Assembly: GCA_963801935.1 (NCBI GenBank)
Contig: CAWDHA010000016.1
Location: forward strand, 75,814 to 139,813
Length of the DNA: 64,000 nucleotides
Direction: 5' to 3'
From: an uncultured delta proteobacterium
GTDB taxonomy: Bacteria > Desulfobacterota > Binatia > UBA9968
The notes beneath the pieces were generated by a model that saw only the letters and a program-made list of their open reading frames with translations, was not told the DNA's origin and did no database searches. The translations under genes were made by a program, and so were the position numbers. Positions 48,519 to 58,058 of this stretch are shown here, one piece after another; position 1 is the stretch's first letter, and each line of letters starts with the position of its first letter.

Positions 48519-50063
48519 TCAGGAAGCGGCCGTGGTGATTTCCGTTAGGCATTTCCCCAGGAGATTATTGGGAACAGCGTGACCCATGAGAGAAAGAAAT
48601 GTCGGCGCAAGATTCAACAGCAAGACTTCACCCACAGCGCCGCGGGCGCCGATTGACGGGCCGGCAGCGGCGATGAACCCGTGATCCGAATGGTCGCTAA
48701 CTCGCATGAATTCCAGCTTTCTCTGCACCAACTCCGCTCTCGGATGCACAACGCGCGGCATAAAGCGGCCCGGTTTCCAATGCACAAATAGATCTGGCAA
48801 CGACGTGTGGTGTTTACCGCCAAACAAATCCATAGTTCTTGCTATCCGTGCTACTGCCGGTTCGTTGGTCTGAGGGTCGATAAGCTCCTGCAAATCAGCT
48901 TCGATCCGATGTAGCAGCGCCTCATACTCAGCGCCGGGATGAACAGTGCCTTCTGGTTCCCGTCCTCGCAAGTTAACCCGCACAAAGCTTGTGTAGTAAG
49001 CCGGGATGGCAAATGCCGTTGTCTCGCGCCAATTTGTGCTACTGCGGAACTGGTCAGCAAGCAGACGCTCTCGCATCTCTCTGGGAAAATGACGGCTAAG
49101 TGCGATACGCCACGCCTCGGGGACCATTCGGCGCGCAAGTTCAATCGGCCTAGACGAAGCGCCGCTGCGCACTGGAGATTGCTGATAGCCCAATTGCCGG
49201 AAAAAGGCTTCGATGAGCTCTGTGGTCGGATAGTGGTCTTCCATACCGACCGAAGAGACAATGAAAACATCAGACTCACCGGGCAATTGCGCCAGCAACA
49301 GACCAATCTCCCGGTCGATAGCCTGATAGACATCTCTAATGGCGTAGGTGAGCTCGTCTTTTACCCCCCTTCCATTACTCTGCAGCTCAGGACGGTATTT
49401 CCAAAACTGGTGGTTTGCCGCATGGGATGGGGCAAAGACCGTCACGATAAGATCAAAACACTCTCGAGCGAGCAGATGACGACATAGCGCCCCTTTTCTC
49501 CTGACTTGATCCGTCAATTGAACGTAAATCTGCTTGTCCTCCGCCAAGGTGCTCTCCGCGTTTTCAGTTGTGACGAGCTTCGGTCCAAACTTGCGGCGGA
49601 CTTCTCGCAAGATCTCCGGCGGCTCTGAGGCGGTGACGAAATGATCAGGGTCCCAGTTATTGTGACTGGCCCAGTTTGCTAGCTGCAGGCCGGGTAGACC
49701 AGACAGTGGTTGGGTGTCAGGCACGTCAATGATAGCGACCCGCTTTTGTCCTCCGACAAGACGCGACCAAAATGGAGGCGCGTCGACATCCAATCCTGTA
49801 ACCACCTGTAGATTATACGTGCCGGGCTTGAGCTGGCGAAAGTAATAGTAGCCATGCTGGCCGCGTGACATGCCGCTGAACAGCGAAACCCAGGCTCCAT
49901 GTTCGCTGATCAGCTCCGGGCCGCTAGTCTTTCCCCAGAAACCGCGTTTCATGATCGAAGCAATCGTCGGGAGATAGCCCTGTTGCGCCCATTGCTGGAT
50001 GAAATCTGGATCGCCGGCATCGAGCCCCAGGATGACCAGCGGATTTTTCTTTTTAGTTCGCAT
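48519..50063 (-). CDS. Alkaline phosphatase-family / type I phosphodiesterase-nucleotide pyrophosphatase-like protein
   Basis: LVILGLDAGDPDFIQQW..LP, SLFSGMSRGQHG and SDHSDHGF near the C-terminus. It is paralogous to 52261..53865. Confidence 0.65.
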   Translation of the reverse strand: MRTKKKNPLVILGLDAGDPDFIQQWAQQGYLPTIASIMKRGFWGKTSGPELISEHGAWVSLFSGMSRGQHGYYYFRQLKPGTYNLQVVTGLDVDAPPFWSRLVGGQKRVAIIDVPDTQPLSGLPGLQLANWASHNNWDPDHFVTASEPPEILREVRRKFGPKLVTTENAESTLAEDKQIYVQLTDQVRRKGALCRHLLARECFDLIVTVFAPSHAANHQFWKYRPELQSNGRGVKDELTYAIRDVYQAIDREIGLLLAQLPGESDVFIVSSVGMEDHYPTTELIEAFFRQLGYQQSPVRSGASSRPIELARRMVPEAWRIALSRHFPREMRERLLADQFRSSTNWRETTAFAIPAYYTSFVRVNLRGREPEGTVHPGAEYEALLHRIEADLQELIDPQTNEPAVARIARTMDLFGGKHHTSLPDLFVHWKPGRFMPRVVHPRAELVQRKLEFMRVSDHSDHGFIAAAGPSIGARGAVGEVLLLNLAPTFLSLMGHAVPNNLLGKCLTEITTAAS

Positions 50064-50069
50064 GTGCGT

Positions 50070-51251
50070 TTACGCCGCTCGAAGAAGCAGCTGATATAGT
50101 TCGATGAACCTGTCCACGAACGTTGCTTCGCTAAAGCGCGCAAGAGCCAGCTCGCGTCCAGCGCGGCCCATTTGATCTGACAATGCACGGTCAGATAGTA
50201 GACGCCGCAAGGCGCCGGTTAAAGCATCAACATCACCGGCGGGAACGAGGATGGCCGTCTTGCCCTCCTGAACGATCTCGACTAGCCCACCCGAGTCGCT
50301 CGCGATGACGGCAGTTCCGCGCATCATTGCTTCAATAGCGACGATGCCAAACGGTTCGGACCAACGTGAGGGAATAACTTGCACCCACGCGCGAGCGAAA
50401 AGCTGCTCCAGCTCGGGCCGCGACAGATGACCCGGCATTGAAACAGTGGAGGAAAGACCCAGGTCAGTAACGAGTCTCCGCAACCGGTCTCGTTCAGGGC
50501 CATCGCCGGCGACGACCAGCCGCGCCTCGGGGATATGGGCGATGACTTTGGAGAAGGCACGCAGTAAAACATCTATCCCCTTTTCATGGACGAGCCGGCC
50601 GGCAAAAGCCACAGTGGGCGGTGATGAAAGAGCTGGGCGTTGAGGCTGAATCGGCACCCCGTTCCGAACCACTTCTACCGGTCCGACACCCGCCGCCAGG
50701 AGGCTGCGCTTCACGGCTTCGCTGTTGGCGACGATAAGATTAAAGGCTTGACGCCACCGTCGCCAGAGCTTCATCTGAAACATCAGCGGCAGCCAATCGC
50801 GCAGCGGCAGGCAATGATTTTGATAGCAGGGTAGGCCCGCGGCGACCGTGCAAGCGGTTCCGCCCGGCAGCATCTTCGTGCCCAGCGGGCAGACTGGACG
50901 ATACCAGACTACGTGGTACAGGCTGGGCACTGTTCTTAACAGCGGCAAAATCAGGGGGGAAAGTTGAGTCAAGAAAAGCTTCACATGAACGACGTCAGGC
51001 TGAAATTCGACCAGGGTGCGACGCAATTGCCAGAATGCCCAGGGATTTGCCGATTGGAGCAGGGTTCGAAAAGGCGAGGTCGTTCCAAAACACGCATAGT
51101 CCGCAGAGCCGGATGCATCATCGGAAGTAGCGGAACTGGATAACAGTCGGGCATCGTGCCCGCGCTCTCGCAGTGCTTGTCGCAACATCAAAATCGCTAT
51201 TTCAGCGCCGCCGATCGGGGTCGCGTAATCATTGATAAGCAGAATCTTCAT
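50070..51251 (-). CDS. Glycosyltransferase family 4
   Basis: MKILLINDYATPIGGAEI, FAGRLVHEKGIDVLL and IPSRWSEPFGIVAIEAMMRGTAVIASDSGGLVEIV. Confidence 0.85.
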   Translation of the reverse strand: MKILLINDYATPIGGAEIAILMLRQALRERGHDARLLSSSATSDDASGSADYACFGTTSPFRTLLQSANPWAFWQLRRTLVEFQPDVVHVKLFLTQLSPLILPLLRTVPSLYHVVWYRPVCPLGTKMLPGGTACTVAAGLPCYQNHCLPLRDWLPLMFQMKLWRRWRQAFNLIVANSEAVKRSLLAAGVGPVEVVRNGVPIQPQRPALSSPPTVAFAGRLVHEKGIDVLLRAFSKVIAHIPEARLVVAGDGPERDRLRRLVTDLGLSSTVSMPGHLSRPELEQLFARAWVQVIPSRWSEPFGIVAIEAMMRGTAVIASDSGGLVEIVQEGKTAILVPAGDVDALTGALRRLLSDRALSDQMGRAGRELALARFSEATFVDRFIELYQLLLRAA

Positions 51252-51269
51252 CGAAAGATGGGGCAGGAA

Positions 51270-52247
51270 TTATAGATACCCCTTCTCACGGTACCAGTGT
51301 ATCGTGCGGTGAATCCCTTCCCGCGTCGTGATCTTTGGGCAATAGCATAATTCTGTCTTCGCTTTAGAGATGTCAAAGATCTTATTCACGAGGAAAAGGT
51401 TATATCGATGCGCGTATGGCAATTCAAAACCGAAACGCCGGTACACACCTTCAGCTAGAGACTTGAATGCGCGGAAGGGACTGGCCGGTAGTCTGCCAAA
51501 CCGGCGGTGAATTCCCAACTCTTGGGCGATCATGTCCACGAGATCTGTTACCTTTGTCGCTTCTCCACCCGTAATCAGGTACGTTTCGCCATCGATGCCG
51601 CCTACCTCACAACAGCGTTGCAGCCCATCGACGACATCAGAGACGTAAGCCAAATGGGCGTGATTCGCACCCCTCCCTATGATCCTGAAGCGCTTGGTTG
51701 CTAGGGCTCGACACAAATCTAAGCAATCGAAGGACCCCGGACCGATGAGATTTCCGAGTCGCGCGACAACGACAGGCAATCCTTCTTCCTTATGATAACC
51801 GAGCAACACTTTTTCACCCAGCGACTTGGATTCATGATAAAAAGAATCGGGCTTCGATTCCGTATGCTCAAAGATGGGGGCGCGCTTAATGAATCCGTAT
51901 ATGCCGGTGCCGCTGCCATAGACCAGCCGATCAACGCTCGCTTGCAGCGCGGCGCGCGCGACGTTTTCCGTGCCCATCACATTGATCGCCAGGTATTGTT
52001 CTCGCGATAGTTTATGACGCGCCCTTTTAGCGGCAAGGTGATACACATAGCGACAGCCTTGCACCGCGTTTTTCACCGCAGCCGCGTCGGTAATGTCACC
52101 GTAGGCGATTTCAATACCCAAGCTCTTGAGGAGTGTCACATCGCTCGAGCGCCGTACCAGGACCTTTATCGTATACCCTTGATGGGCCAGCGCTTCGCTG
52201 AGATGGCTGCCAACGAATCCCGACGCCCCTGTGATCAAGACTTTCAA
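51270..52247 (-). CDS. NAD-dependent epimerase/dehydratase (extended SDR)
   Basis: MKVLITGASGFVGSHL and YHESKSLGE (YxxxK). Intact 325 aa. Confidence 0.85.
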   Translation of the reverse strand: MKVLITGASGFVGSHLSEALAHQGYTIKVLVRRSSDVTLLKSLGIEIAYGDITDAAAVKNAVQGCRYVYHLAAKRARHKLSREQYLAINVMGTENVARAALQASVDRLVYGSGTGIYGFIKRAPIFEHTESKPDSFYHESKSLGEKVLLGYHKEEGLPVVVARLGNLIGPGSFDCLDLCRALATKRFRIIGRGANHAHLAYVSDVVDGLQRCCEVGGIDGETYLITGGEATKVTDLVDMIAQELGIHRRFGRLPASPFRAFKSLAEGVYRRFGFELPYAHRYNLFLVNKIFDISKAKTELCYCPKITTREGIHRTIHWYREKGYL

Positions 52248-52260
52248 GCCAAGCTCCTAC

Positions 52261-53865
52261 CTACTCAAGTGTCATTTCCTCCGGTAGCGCTAGAGGTCTG
52301 TTCCTGTAGATCGCTTTGTTATCTCTTTTGAACTTGTCATCGATGAGATCCCACAATACCTTGCCATCCATGTCGTCCGGAATAGCCTGTCCGAGGAGGT
52401 AGAGTATCGTCGGCGCCACATCCATCGTGCTGGCGCCCGTTATGGCTGCGCCTTTATGGATATGTCTGCCCGAAGCGATCATAAAACCTTCATCCGAGTG
52501 TTGTGATCTTCGAAGTCTCGTATTCTGGCCTGTAATCACTCCGAGGGCCGGATGGTGCAATCGTTGTATGGGCCCGTCTTTGGACCAGCAGACGACGATA
52601 TCAGGCAGGATATATAGGTTCTCTCCGTCGTAGATTTTCGAAGTTTGAATTACATCCCGCGCCGCTGGCTTGCCGGTGTCGGGATTCACCAGACGTTTCA
52701 GCTCATAGCAAAGCCGGCCACAAACTTCCTCGTATTCTTGTCCCGGTCTAATTACGCCGGAAGGCTCGCGCCCTTTTAGATTTACGCTGATAAAGCCTTG
52801 AAAGTGGTCAGTCGGAATAAAGAATGCCTTGGTCTTATGCCAATCAATGCTGCCACTGAATCGGCGTGAAGAGATTTTGTCATGAAATGATTTCGGCACT
52901 ATGTGCTCGTTGATGAACTCTCGCAATGGACGCGACCGCTTCCATAGGGTGGATGATCGGCTGGTAGCGCTCTGGTCCAGAGCGCCTTCTTGAAAGGCGA
53001 GCTTTTTCAGTACTACGGGCAGCAAAAAATTACCTGAATAGGTTGGCTCGATGCCGTGGACTGAAACTATGAAAATCGTCGCGTCTTCGGCAACGCCTTT
53101 GAGCAAAGCTGCAAGCGCGGAATCCAGCTCGGCATAAATATTGGGCAGAGCATGATTTAAGTTCGCTGCGCTGTTCGGATAAGCCCAGTGGCTTTGATCG
53201 AAATGATGGTAGAAATGGTGACCGGCAAAATGGGCTTCTGCGAAGACGGTGATGAACAAATCCCAATCGTCCTGTGCCATAAGAAACTGAGTGGCTTCAA
53301 TCTTTCTTTGAACGTTCATTCTCAGGCCATCGTAAACGCGCCGCTCCTGTGAAATTCGCCGTGGACGAACGCTTTCCGCCGGTTGAAAATATCGTCCGAA
53401 TCGGGCTGACAGTTCCTCAACCAAAGATAGCGGAAGTGAGGATTTGTTTAATAATGGATATTCCTCGCCCCAGGCGGCAACCTGAATGCCGTCTATTCCC
53501 TCAAGAGGATAGGTCTTGGGAACATCGAAGACTGCCGTCTTTTTACCGGCGCCACGCAAGAGCCACCAAAAAGGAAGATAGCCGCACCAACGCGCATCGA
53601 CTCTGACGATTTGGCTCGTTCCTCGCATGAGCTGTAAATGGTTATAAAAGCCGTGCTTGCCCGGATGGACGCCGGTGTTGAATGACGGCCAGGGCGAGTC
53701 CGAGAATATGCCGCTGGTAGAGGCCAGTCTCGCCCATACTCCTGCCTTCGTCAGTGACGTTAAGAACGGCAGGCGTCCTTCCAACGACCAGCGTTGAATA
53801 AGGTCAAAGTCGGCAGAATCCAATCCAATCACGAAAATACGGGATTTTTTATGGCTAGGGCGCAT
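52261..53865 (-). CDS. Alkaline phosphatase-family / phosphodiesterase-like protein (paralogue)
   Basis: The ATG at 53865 avoids overlap with the upstream gene. It carries IFVIGLDSADFDLIQRW..LP, PWPSFNTGVHPGKHG and SQHSDEGF. Confidence 0.65.
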   Translation of the reverse strand: MRPSHKKSRIFVIGLDSADFDLIQRWSLEGRLPFLTSLTKAGVWARLASTSGIFSDSPWPSFNTGVHPGKHGFYNHLQLMRGTSQIVRVDARWCGYLPFWWLLRGAGKKTAVFDVPKTYPLEGIDGIQVAAWGEEYPLLNKSSLPLSLVEELSARFGRYFQPAESVRPRRISQERRVYDGLRMNVQRKIEATQFLMAQDDWDLFITVFAEAHFAGHHFYHHFDQSHWAYPNSAANLNHALPNIYAELDSALAALLKGVAEDATIFIVSVHGIEPTYSGNFLLPVVLKKLAFQEGALDQSATSRSSTLWKRSRPLREFINEHIVPKSFHDKISSRRFSGSIDWHKTKAFFIPTDHFQGFISVNLKGREPSGVIRPGQEYEEVCGRLCYELKRLVNPDTGKPAARDVIQTSKIYDGENLYILPDIVVCWSKDGPIQRLHHPALGVITGQNTRLRRSQHSDEGFMIASGRHIHKGAAITGASTMDVAPTILYLLGQAIPDDMDGKVLWDLIDDKFKRDNKAIYRNRPLALPEEMTLE

Positions 53866-53870
53866 CTTGG

Positions 53871-54983
53871 TTATGGTTTTACCTGTCCCAGATACCGGGC
53901 GCATCGATCATGCCCTCTTAAAGCTGGCGCTATCTCCGCCCGCGGATTCGGCAGGAGTGCGATGCTGCCTTTTCGGGCTGATTCTTCCGCCGCCTCTATG
54001 ATTTCAAGACTGCGATAGCCGTCCCAAAAATCCGGTGTGGCAGGGCGGTTTGCCCGCACAGCATCCACAAAATCGACCAGCGCCGCGCAATATGAAGGTT
54101 CGTACGCGGGCGCGCGGAGCTTAGCCAGTAGGTAGGGACTGCGCAAACACGAGCGCATCCGGTTCCAGAAACGCTTAAGTCGAATGAAGTCCAGGATAGG
54201 GTCGGTGATCTCGACATCCCAGGAGAAATAACGATCGATCGCCAGCTTCCCCGTTTCACCATAAATTTCAAAACGGTCCTCTTGAATGGCATTCATGAAA
54301 AAAAAGGACTGAACCACAGCGCCGTTCGTAAGCCTTAGCTGTAGCGTTGCCGTGTCCGCATCGCTTCGCCTGGATTCGAGCGTGGCAAAGACCTCTCGCA
54401 CATCCTGGCCGAGCAGATAAGGGACGAGATCCATGTGGTGAGAGCCAAGGTCCAGTAAAACGCCACCGCCGTTTTGCCTGGTGAGTTTCCAGCCCGGCAA
54501 TTCTCGGGGGGATGTAGAGAATATCGAGCGAGCTCCGATCACTTGGCCGATACGCTCGCGCCGGATGTGTTGCCTCAGGCTCCGGTACAGGCTGTTGAAT
54601 CGATAATTAAAACCGATCATACCTACCATACCGGCGCACTGCCACGCTTCCAGCACGCGCCGGCCTTCGGCGAGGCTCGTAGCGAGCGGCTTCTCGAGAT
54701 AGACGTGTTTTCCCCTCTCGAAGGCCGCCACCGCGGCCTCGGCGTGAAGAGCGCTGGGTAAGCAAATCACCACGGCTTCCACATCGGCTGCATTCAGTAG
54801 TTCAACATAATCGGCATATGCGGCGGCTTTCGGCGCCATCGACTGTGCCAGCCCCCGTAGCCGCGGATCGGGTTCCGCTATCGCCGCCACGTGAACATCC
54901 GACAATCGGGTCAGGTTGGCGAGATGGACCAACCGGCCTATTTGACCGCACCCGAGAAGACCGACATTAAGCATAGAGATCAC
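53871..54983 (-). CDS. Gfo/Idh/MocA family oxidoreductase
   Basis: LNVGLLGCGQIGRLVHL and HVYLEKPLATSLAEG. Intact 370 aa. Confidence 0.85.
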   Translation of the reverse strand: MISMLNVGLLGCGQIGRLVHLANLTRLSDVHVAAIAEPDPRLRGLAQSMAPKAAAYADYVELLNAADVEAVVICLPSALHAEAAVAAFERGKHVYLEKPLATSLAEGRRVLEAWQCAGMVGMIGFNYRFNSLYRSLRQHIRRERIGQVIGARSIFSTSPRELPGWKLTRQNGGGVLLDLGSHHMDLVPYLLGQDVREVFATLESRRSDADTATLQLRLTNGAVVQSFFFMNAIQEDRFEIYGETGKLAIDRYFSWDVEITDPILDFIRLKRFWNRMRSCLRSPYLLAKLRAPAYEPSYCAALVDFVDAVRANRPATPDFWDGYRSLEIIEAAEESARKGSIALLPNPRAEIAPALRGHDRCARYLGQVKP

Positions 54984-55657
54984 GGAATCGCTTCAGAATG
55001 TCCACACAAGATTCGGAAGTAACACGTCCTCTCGTCTGGAGCCGGAAACGGCCGCCATCCACAACGTTCATAGAGCCGGCGCGCCACCGTGTTGTCCGAT
55101 TCGGTTGATAACCGCAAGGATCGCATCTGCAGTTCTCGGGCCCTTGTCTCAAACGCTACTAATAAGCGTCGACCTATTTGTTTCCCTCGGTCAGCTGGCG
55201 AGACCCCGATAGCGACAAGCGACATCGTCGGTCCAGGGAGCTCAGGCCTTACACCATGCGCTGGCGAGCAGCCCAAAAGAAGTCTCAACCGGTCCAAGAC
55301 GCCATTCCGGAACTGTTGCGTGAAGAACATCCATGGCCGCACGATGACCGCGCCTGTGGCAAACCATACCAGGTGCCGGCTTAGGACTTTCGGATATTCT
55401 AACGGCGCCCCGATCACATAACCGATTACATCGCCATGGATATCGATCGCGACAAGTGCGATACCGTTCCCAGCCTGGCGAAACCAATCAATGTATGCCC
55501 TGACGTAAGCCTCGCCCATACTGGCGGTCCTGGAACCCGCCAGCGCATCGATATGAAGCTTAGCAGCTTTTGACACCATCTCCGGAGTCATCGGAATGAT
55601 GACGGTGTCATCAGCGGCGAGCTTAATCTTTGATGGAAAGTAACGAAGATCACTCAC
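54980..55657 (-). CDS. GNAT family N-acetyltransferase
   Basis: LVAIGVSPADRGKQIGRRLLVAFETRA (acetyl-CoA-binding Q/RxxGxG/A-like) and NTVARRLYERCGW. Confidence 0.75.
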   Translation of the reverse strand: MSDLRYFPSKIKLAADDTVIIPMTPEMVSKAAKLHIDALAGSRTASMGEAYVRAYIDWFRQAGNGIALVAIDIHGDVIGYVIGAPLEYPKVLSRHLVWFATGAVIVRPWMFFTQQFRNGVLDRLRLLLGCSPAHGVRPELPGPTMSLVAIGVSPADRGKQIGRRLLVAFETRARELQMRSLRLSTESDNTVARRLYERCGWRPFPAPDERTCYFRILCGHSEAIP

Positions 55658-56952
55658 TGCACTGCCACTAACTCTTGAGCGATAGGTCGGCTTCGAGTGG
55701 TTGCGATCTCATTGATGAGCGCAAAGTAACCCTTCAGGTGAGCGGCGACCGTCCATTTTTCTTGGTAGGCATCATAGCCGCATAAGCCAAGCTCGCGTCT
55801 GTACGATGGCTCGGTTAGCAGTCGGTCCATCGCCGCTATTAGTTCCTGCTCTGTGGAATAAACGATGCCGCCGCCGCTTTGTTCGATAAGCGCTGGAATG
55901 CTGCCCAGATTGCTCGCGATGACCGGGGTTTGTTGACTAAAAGCTTCCATGATTACGAGGGGAGCTCCCTGTCCGCTAGTTACCTGAGGAGAGCCGACCT
56001 GGTAGTTTACGGACGGATAAATAACCGCCACGGCCTGTCGGTAGAGGGCCTGCAGGGGTTGGCCCGTTAGGTAACCTAAGAACCGGACATTGGTGCTGCC
56101 CCTGCTCAACTGACGAAGCCAAGGCTCCTCGCTGCCCGTGCCGGCGATCCACAACTGTGCTTGCTGGTATTGCCGGAAAATGGGGATGACGGTTTGTAAG
56201 CCTTTGAGCTTCTCCAGGCGACCGACGAAGAGAAAATAAGGCTTCGCCGGGGGTTGGCTGTTGGATTGATCGGATGCCGGCAGGACGCTTTGCAGCGCCG
56301 GAACAAAGTTGGGTAAATGAACAATACGAGCATTGAGGCCCAATTCCTCATGCTTGCGCTGGCTGGTAAGGCTCGGCGCAATAAACGCATCTACATTTTT
56401 GACCGCGGCCTTTAACAGGCCGACGTATCGCCACCACTGTGGTGGACGTTTGTAAACGAGCGTACAGAGAAAACAATAAGGCCGCTTGCAGGGAGCGCGG
56501 TTGAATCTGAACAGCGCGTGTGTAGAGCAAACGAGCCAGTAGTCGTGCATTGTATAGAGTTTGATCGCGCGTCCATATTCTAAGATTTTTGGTCCGCCCA
56601 CTAGCGATACGTTGTGATAATGGATTACGTCGAATCCCTTGGCTAGAATCTGCCGGATGCGCGGCGCTTTGAATAAAGGAAAGCCAACTTGTTGGGTAGC
56701 CAGCGGAGATAGGAACCCAAATGGGCTCTTGAGCCCGTGCACGGTTACGTTGGGATGATCGTCATAATCCTGCACCGGCTCTCGCCCTGCCATAGAGCGA
56801 TAAGCATCCCTACAGTGGATTACTTCTACCAGGTGTCCGCGCCGCGCTAGCTCATTTGAGAGGCTGTGAATATAGATTCCATCCCCTCCGAAGTTATAGG
56901 GCGGGTAGAACGTCGTGATCATGCAGAAGCGTAGGGGTCGATCTGCCTTCAT
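55654..56952 (-). CDS. Glycosyltransferase family 4
   Basis: FCMITTFYPPYNFGGDGIYIH, FVGRLEKLKGLQTV, and a C-terminal VIMEAFSQQTPVIASNLG..ALIEQSGGGIVY. Confidence 0.85.
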   Translation of the reverse strand: MKADRPLRFCMITTFYPPYNFGGDGIYIHSLSNELARRGHLVEVIHCRDAYRSMAGREPVQDYDDHPNVTVHGLKSPFGFLSPLATQQVGFPLFKAPRIRQILAKGFDVIHYHNVSLVGGPKILEYGRAIKLYTMHDYWLVCSTHALFRFNRAPCKRPYCFLCTLVYKRPPQWWRYVGLLKAAVKNVDAFIAPSLTSQRKHEELGLNARIVHLPNFVPALQSVLPASDQSNSQPPAKPYFLFVGRLEKLKGLQTVIPIFRQYQQAQLWIAGTGSEEPWLRQLSRGSTNVRFLGYLTGQPLQALYRQAVAVIYPSVNYQVGSPQVTSGQGAPLVIMEAFSQQTPVIASNLGSIPALIEQSGGGIVYSTEQELIAAMDRLLTEPSYRRELGLCGYDAYQEKWTVAAHLKGYFALINEIATTRSRPIAQELVAVQ

Positions 56953-56957
56953 GGAGT

Positions 56958-57890
56958 CTAGATGGACGTAAAGGGTGTTTGCGGCCGCGGCCGATTGCTA
57001 TTGTCACCGGATGGAAAGAGGCGGGAGCGGAGCGTCCGGATTCGATGAAGGGCGTATTGCAACGTTCCCAGCGAATGGTCAATGGCCTTGCTCCGGGGCG
57101 AGCCGTTGAGAAGAATCGCCACCCGGCTGAAGGATGAGCCTTGAGAGCCGATGACGAATTCGCACGAGGCAAGCAGCCAGAGGTCGACTATCTCGTCAAT
57201 AATTTCCTGAGCGGTGGAACTGTCCCTCGGCCAGCGGCGTTCGAGAGAGGAATCTCTTCGGATAGTGAATCAGCTTTTGTCCGTACCGCCGGCGAACCAA
57301 CTTCAAGGTCTCCTGATTATCCGTTGCCAAAAACAGCTGATGCCCGGTATCGACCAGCCGGTCTCCCGCCGTGAAGTAGGAGCGGTCCGGAAAGCGAAGC
57401 GTGGCGTTCGTGTTCGGTGCGCCGGGTGTGCGTACCGACGGTGCGGGGGGCGAAAGAATGCCCGCTTAAACGCGTTGACTTTATCCAAAACCGCAGGACT
57501 GGGTTGGGGAAACCACGGCATCACGTCGTGTTCCTCATAGGCTGTATAGCGCCGTAGAAGCCGCTCCTCGGCCGAGCAAAAGACGAACCACGAAATAACA
57601 GCAACTCGTGGATGCGTCGTTACCGGCACACGCCAGCTTCTTCTCGAGCCCCCTTCGCGGGGGGGAAAATGCCGGATGTGGTGATAGCCGGCTATGAGAA
57701 AATTCTTCGCCCAGTCCATCGGTGCGCTATAAGGCATCCATTCCGTGTCGTCATCGAAAAAAGTTCGGTAATCACCCCAATCCCAGACGCACCGGGCTCC
57801 GGTACGAGAGCAGAGCCGCTTCGCCGATGCAATCGCCCGCGTGCGGTTACACAATCCGGATCTAGGGTAAACGACCAGATGTTCGAGCAT
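56958..57890 (-). pseudogene. Fucosyltransferase-like glycosyltransferase (GT11/GT23/O-FucT superfamily-like), 2 frameshifts
   Basis: MLEHLVVYPRSGLCNRTRAIASAKRLC.. (57303..57890). After a C-run at about 57450 it continues ..RFPDRSYFTAGDRLVDTGHQLFLATDNQETLKLVRRRYG. After about 57215 it continues ..IVDLWLLASCEFVIGSQGSSFSRVAILL. These frames were translated by hand. Confidence 0.45.
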
Positions 57891-58058
57891 AAACTCCGTG
57901 AGAAAAAACGAACCTTGACGAGCGCGACTGCTATGAAAAGATGACGTTTTGGCGGTGATCAGCGTGCCTCATTTTCGCATCCTCCCCGGCCAGCAGGTCC
58001 CTTCATAGCTAGCCCGTGGGCGTCTTGGGCAAAGCAGCGAGCGAATAGTGACTGCACC

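Noticed and set aside
57891-58058. Tiny ORFs (13-15 aa, e.g. MRHADHRQNVIFS after a GGAGGA) in the 168-nt gap upstream of the fucosyltransferase-like gene.
   Set aside because: They are too short, have no coupling to flanking genes and have no distinctive composition. This is probably a chance occurrence.
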